Made by a program: the position numbers and the translations under genes
The notes under the pieces: generated by a model
What the model was told of the DNA's origin: nothing
Database searches by the model: none
Seen by the model: the letters and a program-made list of their open reading frames with translations, nothing else
Shown: piece by piece, positions 39,923-52,932 of the stretch
Position numbering within the stretch: the stretch's first letter is position 1
Layout: the number at the start of each line of letters is the position of its first letter
DNA from: Squalus acanthias
Taxonomy: Eukaryota
Assembly (NCBI GenBank): GCA_030390025.1
Contig: CM059432.1
Coordinates: 73,782,001 to 73,846,000 of the forward strand
Direction: 5' to 3'
DNA length: 64,000 nt

Positions 39923-42069
39923 ATGCTAGTTTATAATTAGATATTGGGCAGTACAGTCACACTCCTGAAAATAAGGCACTTGGGCCGCTTACAGAAGTGA
40001 CCAGTACTGCTGAATTTGAGAGAATATCTAAGGCAGATTCAAAACTTCAAATATTGAGAAAAATGGCCATGAGAAATGTCAAGCGTTGTTCAGCACGATG
40101 GCAGCATCAACACTGCATTCAAAACTTTCTTTACAAATATATTTATTAGTAAAACTGCTGCTTACAATCTAAAACAGGAAATCTGTCAGTAAGTAGGATC
40201 AATGCCAACAGCATGACTAAAACATAGTCCATTATCTGAACCTCGACTTCATGCTACCACCTTAATTGTTTTTTAACCACTAGTTGATCTGATATTTTTG
40301 TCCATAGGTAATCTGGGTTTCGTGCATGATTATATTGCTTAGCATTGGTGCTATTTGTGCCCGAGTGTGGAGCACATTAGGGAACTAGAGAGCAGAGCAT
40401 ATCGGGGGGGGGTGGGGGGGGGGAAATGGCACTGGGACACATGGTACACAATTTCAAAATTAAAACCGCTGAACTGAATTTCATTCAGATAACTATTAAA
40501 TTTAAAACCAACTCATAACTCACCAGAGCAGCAAGAATCTTGCAGTTTATTCAGTGCAGTTACATATGCAGTTACATAATGTCCAATACAGTTGCTACCC
40601 AGAATGCTCCAAAAGCCTTGTTAGTAAAATAATCATTACTCGTTGGGCAACTAGTACTAGTCCACTTTACTACAGGACTTACCTTTTAATAATGTCAGGG
40701 AGACAGCAAATTGTGATGGCAGCTGATTTTGAATCAGAAGACTGTATCTAGGAGAAAAGGATTTGGTTTGTCTAATCAGAAAATTGGGATGCATCATTAA
40801 AGCACCAATTTTTGTAATATATGATTAAAGTTCACACAGCATGCCACTACTTCCTGTTCTGGGATCTGTGGTCCAGCAGAGTAACACTTGTACATTCTAG
40901 GATTTGTGGCTTGCTATCTGACTGAGCCTCCATATCGGCAGAAAAGTCATTGCAAGTTCCAGAAACAACAGAATTTAAGTCCCAGGCCCCATACAGATTG
41001 TCAGGTCTGCGGAGAGAAATGTTTCCGAAATTTCAAACACCGAAAAGGTAATTCATGATTTTGTTGGGAATTTTTATTTATGGGTTTATGTTCAAAATGC
41101 TATTTGTAGTACTATATCCTTGGGTTGCCAAGAAAGCAAGATGACAATAGTAGACATTTTGAAAAAAGTCAGCGATTTTGTGGGTTTCCAGTCTCCAGGC
41201 CTGCTAGTTATTTACTGGTAGCTTATTTTTGTTGTTTTCTGATTCTTCACTAGTGGCAGTCCAACCTGGTTGACAATCCGTTAACAGTGACTTTTTAAAC
41301 TTTTTTTTGAAGAGACAGGCACTTTCAAAAAGTGACACTTTCCCACGCATCACATTTGCATGCTGGATTCAAGACTCTTAATTATCTAGGTATGTAATTT
41401 GCATGTTTAGTAGGTATGTAATTTGTAGCGTTTACTTGCAGAACATATTGGAAGAATCTGCAACAAAGCAGAAGTGCATGACATGAATCATGTGACTGGT
41501 GCAAGATGTGTCAAGGTTCTTTTTGCACTGATACCAAGTTACTTACTCCCTTGCACATGTTTAACTAAACAAAACCGTGGAGTCAGATGCATGTCTCCCG
41601 AGATCTGATTATAGGTACTAATGATAAAAACACCAAGATATTATTGAGAGAAGAAAGTTATTGCAATACAAGTACTGTCTTAAGAGTTTTAATTAAAGAT
41701 GTAAAATATAAATTATATATTCACAGCAAGGATAACATCTACGAGTTATAGAAACTATACTGTAATTGTTATATTAATGTGGCAAACAAACCAGCTTTTA
41801 ATAAATGTATTTATGAAAGCTGGTTAAAGTCTCATTTGATAATCTTAACTGTTGCTATACATATTCCAATTCAGGCAAAGAATGTTACTGAATATGTAGG
41901 TTACATTATAGAAGTTCGTTGAAAAAGGATTGTCTGACTGAGTATGCACTACAAATTACATTTAAAATGTAACACAAATATGTCAAAAACTCAATTATAG
42001 CGCAGGACTTTTTGCAGATTTTGTTAGGCAAGGAAAGATTTCCAGTCATGGATTCCAGAGACAGGAAAC

Positions 42070-44613
42070 GTTTAATTGTGTTCACATCAAGGACAATTAT
42101 TTATTTTACAGTTTTGGAAATACCCCCAAAAGGTTAGATTTTGGATATTGTCTTCACTGCATATCTTATTACATTACAAAAATTTGCACTATAAATACAG
42201 AACTAAAGGACATCAATTCTAGAGATAATGGCACCAACATTATTTACTTTATATACAGTGCTAAGAATTAAAATCCAAACAATTTTGCTTGAAGTTACTC
42301 AGACATAACAATGAAGATGTGATTCTGACTTTAGCCCTCGCTTCCTTTAAAAACAAAGTCAGATGCATCATACATTTGAGTCGATCACTGCCTTCAGTAA
42401 GGCCATAAGTTTACTTCATGTTGCTGTTTGTAGTTTTATACTCAGACAGGAGCACTTGCAATGAAGAACTAAGCAAACTCTTAGAGATTACATTACATTA
42501 ATTACTCTTAAAGAAACCGGGTACTGTAATCTATCTACAGATCCTCCAAATATTTTAAATGTTGCCTTTGAAACGCCTCAATCTTGATGTAAATAGTGTT
42601 AGTATTTCTGCATGGGTAGAAAATAGATGCAACGGATAAGAAGAAAATATACAAATGCTAAAAGAAACAGATTGTGTTCGTGGAATTGTCTGTTCCAAAA
42701 ACATTCATAAAATGTTGCCATGTTAGCTATTGGAATATGTAAAACTGAACCCTAAACACCCTGTTAATAGTTCATTTTTAACATTTATAGCAGATGTGAT
42801 CAGCTAAAGATGAGTTATTATTGTTTCACTGGTTGCATTATGCACTCCTCCGCCATTTAAACCTGGTAGAAGTATCCTGCAGATATTTTACTAGAACTCA
42901 ATATCCAGCCTGTGACTTTCAGTATTAATCAACTGTGAGGTGTTACCAAACTTGAAGCTTTTTCACAATATAGGAAATAGAATATTTCCTAATTTATAGG
43001 AAATGTTGAAAACAAATTAAACAAGGATTTCCAGTTTATTATGAAAATAAATAGGAATTTCTACTGAATCTAACTGACTCAGATAAATTGCTCAGGACTT
43101 CAACTAACTTGGTTTGGTTTGTAGTTTTGAACCAATTGACCCTACACACTTTCTCACAGCAAGCACTCTCTCAGCAAGATTAACAATTTATGCCTCGCAC
43201 AGCCCAATGGAAAGAGAGAAAAAATAAATAAAACTTTGAAATAAAAATAAAGTAGCACTCAAACGAAACAACACAGGAAATGCAAATAAGGGAGAAATAA
43301 TAATTATGGTCTGTGTTGTGGACCCATTACATTTTCAAAAGTTTGAATTCACCACTTTACAAAGAAACTTCATTGATACGATAGTCCTTACATTAGCTTC
43401 AACGAGTCGTATATGAAGAGTTGACAGCAAAAGTTTCAGTGATTAGTCTTGAATTTTCCTGAGCATTTTACTTCAATTTTCTTCACATTTGTCGTGTCTC
43501 CTCCCCCCAACATATTCAGAATGAAGTTGCATTAAAAATGATTGAACTTGGCACATTGAACGTACTTACGTATTCCAAATGTACATCCAGTTGAGGCTAA
43601 GCAAGGTTCCACTGCTAGTTCAATAATACACAAATAATCAAAGCTCACTGAAACTATGCATTAGAGAGAAAGTTTGGCTTATTACCCCTCTAACGTGGTT
43701 CAGCAACATTTACTTCAAAACATATGCTTGAAAGAACAGACAACATCACAGTAAAGCAGGGCATATTTGCAATTACTAAATTAGTGCATTATTCAGGAGC
43801 AGACTGGTTTAATATACAAGACTTTTCAAACTGATTTTAGCTTCTCATAACCAGAAGCAAAATCTACATATTCATTGCAGAAGCCCTCTCTTTTGTGAAA
43901 AATAAATGCAAGATATATCTCTTCCTTCCAGGTAGACATTCAATTTACAGTAACTTCAGTTTATGAAGCTCATCAGAAAATGTCAAAATATAACATGCTC
44001 AGAATTGGCCAAATTAAATGGTTGCCTTTGTAAACAAAGTAAACCAACTGGCTACTGAAATCTTTGTAAGGACTGGCAAGTTTTTTTTCCCCCTTGCATT
44101 CAATTCAGTTTTATTCAGTCATGCAGATAACCCTCAAGTCACATTGGTTTTGTCCAAGAGCAAACTTTTTTTCTTTTTAATACTGCTAAACCACAGTATG
44201 CAAAGTCTTATTTTTCCAAGCAGCAAAGAGCTAGCAAACACTTTTCAAATTTCAAACTCAAACTTCAGAAATACATAGCACTATTAAATTATATTAAATA
44301 TATGACAGAATTTTTGCACCAATAAAATGTTTAACAAATAACCTTTTACAAAATACAAGTGCATAAACAGCCTACAAAAACAATTATATGAAGCATGGGG
44401 GCACCTAAAATGAACTCTTGTTCTTGCGCATCAGCTCTTTTTTCTGGAATATTTAACAGGACTATGAGAACAAGCCAACTGCCACAGCTGCTTTTCAGGA
44501 CTGCATTAATTATAGAAGGCAACACAAAACATGCTTTGTATTTTGAAGGAGCAGCAGCTTCAGAAAGATCCATTTCTCATACAGTGGGATACTGTGGGTT
44601 CATTGTCTTCACC
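42070..44613 (-). other. CA8: Probable CA8 terminal non-coding (3'UTR) exon; 3' end uncertain
   Basis: Strong acceptor ccattctcttttaacag|GGTGAAGACAATG at 44613, with stops in all three frames soon after. It lies in a ~5 kb AT-rich block with no recognisable TE. Minus-strand AATAAA/ATTAAA hexamers occur near 44110, 43036, 42100 and 42071. The start resembles the human CA8 3'UTR as remembered (GAAGACAATG...GAGCTGC...CAAAGC). Confidence 0.6.
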
Positions 44614-45334
44614 CTGTTAAAAGAGAATGGCACATTCATGCCTGAGAAATTCCTTAGTGGAAGGTTCACCCTATTCATTTGACTGATCAGACAGATGGAA
44701 TAACAAGAAAACAGTTCTAATATATCAGTGGCGTCTACCACTGTACAATTCTTGTCTTACAAATTACTCAATAGAATAATTTTATCTATGTGCTATTCAA
44801 CTGGGTTTGAAACAATCACTGTGCTGCATATATTTCTTATAGCTTTCAGAGTTATGCATCACATGGTGTGTCAGCACTTCCCATCAGGTATGTATAAAAT
44901 GCTGGTGTTGAAGTAGCCACTCCACTTTAATCTCTTACTTCAGTACAATTAAAATTCCAAAACTTCCTTCTGGCTTCAAGAACATAAGATCAGGGGCGAG
45001 AAATAGGTTAAAACGTTATTTATTTGGTTTAAAGCAGACCAACTCAAACCAATTAAACCAACACCACTTTTGCTGTACAAAAGGACATTGAACAAATTAA
45101 TATTTAAATTTGGACATATGTGGTGTTTGTTTCAGGGCAAAAATGATCAACCCCCTGAATTGGCTCAAATCTTTAATCTGAGTTCTGGTTAAATTTAGAG
45201 GGAAGCAAAGAAAACACCTTACCATGAACCCCACTCCCAGATCCTGCACACACTCAAAAAAAAAAGACTGGTGCTGCTTCCTAATCAGCTGCCCCGCCTT
45301 ACAATCACAAGAAAAAAATATGCATTTTACTTTG

Positions 45335-45470
45335 CTGTGCGTAAGTTGGCTACTGCATTTCCTAGATTACCACAGTAATTACACTTCAAAAGTACTTCAT
45401 TGGCTGTAAAGCGCTATGGGACGTCCTGAGATCATGTAAGGCGCTATATAAATGCAAGACTTTCTTTTTA
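45335..45470 (+). mobile_element. SINE 3' fragment
   Basis: acacttcaaaagtacttcattggctgtaaagcgc...ggcgctatataaatgcaag. Confidence 0.8.
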
Positions 45471-46254
45471 CTTGGAGCTTTTTCTTCTGGGACCCCTGCA
45501 GCAAGGAAAGGAAAGGGTGGGATGCTATACAAGAGAGATTGTTACTTCAGGAGCGCTGAAGCGGTTGTTTATTTTTCTATCTGCAATTTGCACATTATTA
45601 GTATAAACAAGGTGGCTTCATGAAGCAACGGGAAAAGGATGTTGCACTCAAATGTACATTTAAGTGAATCTGATGTCCATTTATATAGTAAACAAGTTGT
45701 TACCAAGGTCATATACTACAACGCTTCCTTTTGACATCAGGATAGCTTTCCTGTGGCTTTGTTTCAAGGTTGGAACAATCAAGTTAAAAGTGACTTTTAA
45801 ACAAATGCAATACTCCTATCTGTGCCTACATTTCCCGCCCCCGCCACCCCACCACGAAATATAAACCAAATATACAAGAGAGGTGGTTCCACACACAGTA
45901 GGGAGCGTAGACCAGAGAATCAGGGCTACAATGTTATCTCTAATCGTTTTTTCTACAAGCGTTGCTCTTTACTGACGGAGCAGGAAAATGAAATTACCCC
46001 TAAAGAGTAAACTTTGTGATAAGGAGGAAGAGGTTTTCTTTCATGGGGGAAACAAACTACATAGAGTAACTTTTCCTCTCTAAGATGAAATGTGTCCATG
46101 AGGATGTAGTTACCCATAGTTTTCTTCCATGCCAGCCATTTGCATGGCCCAGGGAAACTCCAGAGACTGGGCCTTGCACCAAAAAGACAGAAGCAAATCT
46201 GATCGTAGCTGCTGGAGCAACTCCGTCCAGCCTGTAGCTGTGTCTCAAGCCATT

Positions 46255-46457
46255 ATGTGGAGATGCCGGTGTTGGACTGGGGTGGACAAATGTGAGAAGT
46301 CACACACACCAGGTTATAGTCCAACAGCTTTATTTGAAATCACAAGCTTTCGGAGCGCTGCTCCTTCGTCAGGTGACGAAGGAGCAGCGCTCCGAAAGCT
46401 TGTGATTTCAAATAAAGCTGTTGGACTATAACCTGGTGTTGTGCGACTTCTCACATT
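46255..46457. mobile_element. Penelope-derived palindromic insertion
   Basis: 12-bp TSD TCTCAAGCCATT (46243-46254, 46458-46469); ~84-bp inverted arms centred on 46372-46373. Confidence 0.85.
46340..46376 (-). ncRNA. Minimal type I hammerhead ribozyme motif (Penelope-type)
   Basis: The minus strand reads UCAC-CUGACGA-A-GGAGC-AGC-GCUCC-GAAA-GC-UU-GUGA: stem I UCAC/GUGA, full core, 5-bp stem II, palindromic AGCU stem III. Confidence 0.65.
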
Positions 46458-46494
46458 TCTCAAGCCATTGAAATTGTAGCCAACTGGATGCATT

Positions 46495-46730
46495 TTTTTT
46501 TTAATATTTGTTCTCAGAATGTGGGCGACACTGGCAAAGCTACATTTTTGGTCATCGTTAGTTGCCCTGAAAAGGTGGTGGTGGGCCTTCTCCTTGAACT
46601 GCTGCAGTCCTCGTCAAAGTGCTCCCATCACAAGGAAGGGGATGCCAGAATATTGACCCAGTGATGATGAGGAACATCAGTATATGTCCAAGTCAGGATG
46701 CCATGTGACTTGGAGGGGAACGTGAAGGTA
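46495..46730 (-). mobile_element. Family-B LINE 3' fragment
   Basis: Matches 4090-4325. Confidence 0.75.
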
Positions 46731-47693
46731 TCGTTTAATACCTTTGTTAAAGTTTTAACCTGAAAACCTCAGACTGTCTCAAGAACCTGTGATTCAGTTG
46801 GATAATTTTTATTAAACTCAACAGTTGGACAAAGCTTTCAACCGCATCCGTATGTTGTGAGCAAGTGCAGTTTCAAAACTTTCCCAGCATGCAATCTGTG
46901 CCTTCCTAGCCTGTGGAATATGTAGAAGTGCCCAGCATGCAATATGTGCATCAGCAGAACTTGACGGGCATAAGGGTGTGCTCCCTCATCCTGTGGGGGA
47001 TTTAGTTTCTTTTTTTGTAAAATAAGCTAGAGATTGAATTCTCAAAGCTTTATTTCAAGCAATTTTGTCATTAGTCAATGCTTTCTTTTCTATTAGGAAC
47101 TGCTCACAGACAGACACCACCTGTGATTGGAGCAGGTGTGGTTCCTTTCTTAACGATAAGAGAGACTGTTTATCAAGAATGGTTTTTTTGTCGGTAGTTG
47201 TGTCAATTACTGTTGAAAAGTCAGTAACAAAAAATTCTCTTCTAAACCATTTTTGAGCTTTTAGGATTTTTAAATATATAAACTTGGAAACTAATAAACA
47301 ATTAACATTTGAGTGCTTTGAGTTTATTTTTGTTTTTTAATGCAAATTTTGCTTTATTAAAGTCTGTGTAAGTTGACAAGGTCGCTACTGGTGTACCCAA
47401 AAGGTAATTTTCTGGTTGCACAGTAATAGGCTCAGACCTTCAAGTAAAAACTTAATTCAAGGTATTAAAATACCTTCTTCATCTGAACAATCTTGTGGGT
47501 ATACTGATTTTTAGATTTGCTGTTTGTTGTTTACAATGATGTGCACAATTTTAGTTATTTGAGTATCCAACACACCACCACTGAGATTTCGTTTGATGAG
47601 ATTCTTTGCTGATCTTAAGGACAACTATTATGGATGAAACAATTTAAAGTATTAAAAATCTAGGGATATCTAAAAAGTTGATGAGAGATACAA

Positions 47694-48304
47694 AGCCCAA
47701 TTTTAACTGGGAACAGAAATCAGGCTAATGGGGGGGGGGGGGGCGGGGTGCGGGGTGGTGGTGAGGTAAGCGGCAAACCCACCCCACTGACCTCGGCTGC
47801 GAGAGGCCTGGGCGATTTTAATTGCCGGATTTCATCAGCATCCCGAAATGTGTGGGAAATGGTAACTGGCCGGCGGGCAGGAGCAGAATTTTGGGCACAG
47901 GAGGCCCCCAGCTGGCAGCAAAAACACGATTTGCAGGTTTCTGGAGGGTCTCTCGAGAAGGAAGGGAGGTAGCCCTGGGCAGGAGAGGCCTAAACTTTCC
48001 TCATGGGGCCTGAGAGTATTCCTGCTCCTCCTGGCTCCACAAGGAAAGTGAAAAAAAATACCTGTTTGGGTCTCTTCTGGTTCCAGATCCTGTTCCCGCT
48101 GTCTTCACCTGGTGGGAAAGCGAGAATGCTTCGCTGCTCAGGCCATAGTTAAAAGTGCAGTTGGAGCCTGATGACCCCAATCTGCATATTTTAAAAAGAT
48201 CCCCACCTGCTTCAGGTGGGTTAAAATTGAAGAAGTCAGTGGGTGAGTCACCCAGACGATTGTAACCTGGTTTCAGCCAGGCGGGTAGGGTTAAAATCAT
48301 CCCT
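47694..48304. mobile_element. Harbinger-like MITE
   Basis: gcccaattttaac / gttaaaatcatccc termini; interior motifs (gagtattcctgctcctcctgg) shared with 3160-3185 and 53710-53730. Confidence 0.5.
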
Positions 48305-48674
48305 GCAATTTTTGTGGGAGAATAAAAAGAAAATTGTGTAGGATTGCAAAGAAGATCTGGACACAATTTTCTGGTTATAATTACCACTAAAATTATAAAT
48401 TTCAAATCAAAATTTTCTATTTCACATGTAAAACCATTATTTAAGCACTAATTGATTGCTACACTTGTGCCGTTATGCGGCAGCAGTTGCATGCTTCTGC
48501 CCAAAATTTGAGTTTGAGCTCCAGTTCCACAGTAAGTTTCATCTGACTCTCAAAATAAATGTTATTTAATAAAATTGTGCTGCCCTTAGCCAATGTTTTC
48601 TTCTATTTTCACTGGCAAGGACATATGATTGTATGATTTTAGTGGAAATAAGCAATTCGGTAATGAGAAATAAT

Positions 48675-49376
48675 GGGCCAGAAATTCGGGTCGGAGGCTT
48701 CCCGCGGGTGCACTTACATAGCGCGCCAGCAGTTGTGCTGTGGGCCCGCGTGGGATTCGGATCCTGGGCCTCCTCCAGCTGCCGGTGTGCAGTGCTCACG
48801 GATCCCAGCAGCGCAGTTAGTTCGAAGCGTCCCCTGGGATCACGTGGGCCATGGGGAGCAGGGAATCTCCATTCATAGATTTGACAGGAAGACCTGTCAA
48901 ATCTATGAATAGAGATCGGCCCCAAAACCTAACTAAAACTTCAAATACATTTTTTTTTTAAATCACATTTTTAAAATAACTATAAATTACATAAAATAAC
49001 TATTTTAAACAATAATTTAAATTGAAAAAATTAATTACAGTTTTTAACGGGGCTAAAAATAAACTTACCTTTCTTTAAAGTATTTAAAAATAATAAACCT
49101 GTGGAAAAAAATTTTTAATTTTACTTAATTCACCACTTACCTTGTTAAAAGCAAGCCTTGCGCCTGCTTTTTCCCCGCGCAGCTGCTAGGGACTTACCCT
49201 CACTGGGAAACCATGTAAAAAAAGCCGAAGTTCGCTGCGTGCGCGCTGCCTCTCCCGCGCACATGGTTGACCCGCAAACCCTTTCCTTCACGAATCCGGA
49301 AGTTCCGGTTTCCTGTGCATGCGCGAAACTGGCACTTCCGGTGGCCTTATGGGTGGGGACCCGAATTTCTGGGCTA
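48675..49376. mobile_element. Harbinger-like MITE
   Basis: TIRs gggccagaaattcgggtc / gacccgaatttctgggct with a 3-bp TSD AAT. Confidence 0.75.
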
Positions 49377-51683
49377 ATATATTCATGCAGACAAAATCAT
49401 ACACCTGGTAACTTCTGATTCTACTTACTTAGTGATTTGGAAATCTGTGCTGCTCTATTGCTATGGATATCAGCCATTATGTTTGTGACACAGAAACAGC
49501 CTTGAAGCAAATAAATGGACTGACCTCCAATGGAAGGTCAAAACTTAGCAAGTCGTGCACTGCTTAATGAAATCAGTTTAACATCTCATCTATTTACAGC
49601 TTATTACATCCTGGTGTATGAGTAAAGGACAGTAGATACATAGAAGGCATATCTCTGGACAACTCAGACAAAATACATGCTGTGAATGTTAAAAATGCAA
49701 GAGTAAAAAAATCATAGTTACTGTGCCAGAGTAAAACATTTTAAAATGTTTCTTTTAGATTACCACCACTGCCAAATTATCCCTCTGCTTCCTTCTTCAG
49801 ACAGAAAATCTGGATGTGCTTCTGAATAGATGTATTTCTAATGAGCGAGACCAGTTCCTCCTACATCTTGCAGTTTGGACATGAAGTGTCATAAAAGTTA
49901 TTTAGGTCTCCTATGTTTGCTCTTTAGTACAAAGGGACTGTGGCCTGTGCACAGCTCCCCTGTCTTCATTACCACCAGGTCTTCATCAATGCCAGCTTGA
50001 TCAGTACATTTCAACTAGTCCCATCAATATTAAGATGACACCACATCGATATTCTCAGCGTTTTCTGTGATCCTTGCACGGTGTGCTGCTGCACAATAAC
50101 AAAGGCTGGGACATGCTGTTGGCAATACTAACGGAAGGCTGGTTAATGCATTCCTATGATATTCCTCTGGCCATTATTTTAATGTAGACATTATCACATT
50201 TAAAATAAACTGATTTATGCTTCCATTAAAATAGTGGGCATTAATCCGTTGTTCTGGTTCTGTGCCTGAATATCACTGCAGCAGAATTTCATGTATTTCA
50301 GGTGGTTGAACTTGACCATGCCTGAAGAGGGCGCAATATAAGTTAATGTCAGAGACCTGTGCACTCAGATTTCCTGCTCTAGTGCCAGGTGCCATTCAGG
50401 GGCAAACTATTTATAAAAGTGCCTGGGGGCTGTTATTTTAGTACTACGTGTCTTAAAGGGACAGACTAGTATTGTCCACATATTTACTTTTGACTTTTTG
50501 ACTACAAATTGGTTTTTCTGCTTCTACCACTAACAAGCGATTCCCCAGCACAGTAGAAAATCCCCCTCGCCCTGAGTATACACCTGTTCCATGTCACCTA
50601 CAGTAATGAGAAGCCTCCCAATCAAACCAGCACCGTCATCTATTCCCACACCATTATTATTCATTCCTACTCTTGATTTCCTTGTCTCTCTACCTACTAC
50701 TTGGTGCTGCCCTGTTACAAGATCCCTTCAAGGCAGACTGCAGAAGTGCCCAGACTGGGGTTCTGCTGCCAACCCACCCATAGCACAGCAGCACGAATTC
50801 ATTCAGAGCAGACAATTTACATAAAGATCAACATTACAGCTTCTAGCGCACGTAAACTAAATTAGAAACTTACCACAAATCATCTTCGTGTCCAGATAAA
50901 AATCTTGTCTTCATATCTGGTTCTCCCATGGGACTTTAACTGTACCTGCCCTTTAACAGTAGTTCCATTCCTCCTATCCCTGTGCCCAATAGAACACTTC
51001 CAGCAGGGCCCAATGTCCACCCTTAACATGTTAATGAGGACAACCAGGAAATACAGGTGCTCCAGTGCATCTTGGGGCAGAGCACACTTTTGGCACACTG
51101 TGATTACCTGAGGACCCACCCAGGACAATCGCCACTATAATTTTAAGTGGATATTAAATATAAACAAATAGCTCAAACATATTGAAAACCAAAGGAATTG
51201 TTGCTGAAGACCAAGTCTGTGTGAGGACGTCATTTTATAGAACCCAACACCATATTTACACATCTCATGTTCTTGCTAAATTCCATAAACTGCCCACTAT
51301 GTAAGAGAAAGGACAGGTTTAAGTTATACTAACTATTCCCGAGAGAACTGACGCTAATGTAGCTCACTGGGGGCAGTTTGATGCTGTTTACTTTTGGAAA
51401 TTAAAGAAAGTTACTATTAACACACCAGCTGTCACAGGAAGTCAAACACAGCAGATGTATAAAGCTCTCCTAATGGCTACACAAAGTAAACATGCAACAA
51501 TATTACTAGAGTCTTTCGCACATTACCAACTGCAAACAAGAGTAAGTTCTTTTGCTAAGGTTATTAAAAATGTATCTATTTATTATACTAGTGGATCTCC
51601 CATGGTGTTGTTCAGTGATTATGTCTTATAACTCTAGGGGTGTTATGCCACGTATTATCAGAGGCACTGACTTACTGTGAAAG

Positions 51684-52144
51684 AAAAAAGACTTGCATTT
51701 ATATAGCACCTTGCACGACCACCGGACATGTCAAAGCGCTATACAGCCAACTAAGTACTTTTGAAGTGGAGTCACTGTTGTAATGTGGGGAAACGTGGCA
51801 GCACAGCAAACTCCCACAAACAGCAATGTGAAAATGACCAGATAATTTTTTTTTTTGTTATGTTGGTTGAGGGAGAAATATTGGCCGGGATACCGGAGAT
51901 AACTCCCCTACTCTTCTTCGAAATAGTGCCATGGGATCTTTTACATCCACCTGAGAGAGACGAGACAGGGCCTCGGTTTAACGTCTCATCCAAAAGACGG
52001 CACCTCCGACAGTGCAGCACTCCCTCAGTACTGCACTGGAGTGTCAGCCTAGCTTTATGTGCTCAAGTCCCTGGAGTGGGACTATGAACCCACAACCTTC
52101 TGACTCAAAGGTGAGTGTGTTACCCACTGAGCCACAGCTGACAC
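51684..52144 (-). mobile_element. Full-length Deu-domain SINE (SacSINE1-like)
   Basis: Closely similar to 34312-34777; flanked by the direct repeat tgtgaaaga. Confidence 0.88.
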
Positions 52145-52298
52145 TTGTGAAAGAGTAAATCAAAATTCCATTTTTATTACAATGTAATCTTTTACTGGTG
52201 CTTTGTAGATTGAATTCCATGACTGTCCATTTTTGCGTGAAAACAGTAAATAAGTGGCCTCCATTGCATTGTTCTTTTACTTTTGTATTTGATTTAAT

Positions 52299-52932
52299 GG
52301 GCCATAATTTGCGGCCCCTACGGGTGCATAAGAGGTGCGCACGCGCCCGTAGGGGCAGCGCAAGTTCCGGGTTTAGGCGAAGAATTCTCTTGACAGATCA
52401 TCCGCATCCCCGGGAGAAGGGCCTCCATGGGCGGAGAGTCGCGGGAGGAGAGTTGCAAAAGGCCTGCTTTTACCAGCGTAAGAGTTTTAAAAAATAGAAA
52501 AATAAAATTTTATCACTCATTTATACATTAAAAACCCTGTCCAATAAGGTAAGTTTATTTTTAGCCCCGTTAAAACAAATTTGTTTTGCAAAAAATTAAA
52601 TGTAATCAAATGGCATTTTAATTAGTTTTAAATATATATTTAAAAAATTTATTTCATGTGTTTTTTAAGTGATCCCCATTCATACTTACGGGAGTTCCGT
52701 ACATACGGAATCTCCATAAGTATGAATGGGGATTCCCCTTCTTTCATTGGTTGGGCCAGCCCATGTGATCCCAGGGGCGCTTGCGAACTGCATGCGCCCC
52801 TGGGATACGTGGACCCCTACCCACGGGTACCCAGAGAGGTCTAGGAGCGCGAATCTACGAACCTCCCGGACCACCTGGTAAATTCGTACATTTTTTGCAG
52901 GTCGGAGGCATCCGCCCGCGAATTTTGGGCCT
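52299..52932. mobile_element. Harbinger-like MITE related to 48675-49376, in inverted orientation
   Basis: gggccataatttgcgg / ccgcgaattttgggcc termini; aggtaagtttatttttagccccgttaaaa is the reverse complement of ~49043-49070. Confidence 0.7.

Noticed and set aside
46110..46231. Exon-like segment WTELLQQLRSDLLLSFWCKAQ... on the minus strand
   Set aside because: All three frames are open, the acceptor lacks a pyrimidine tract, and it lies in the CA8 post-stop intron.
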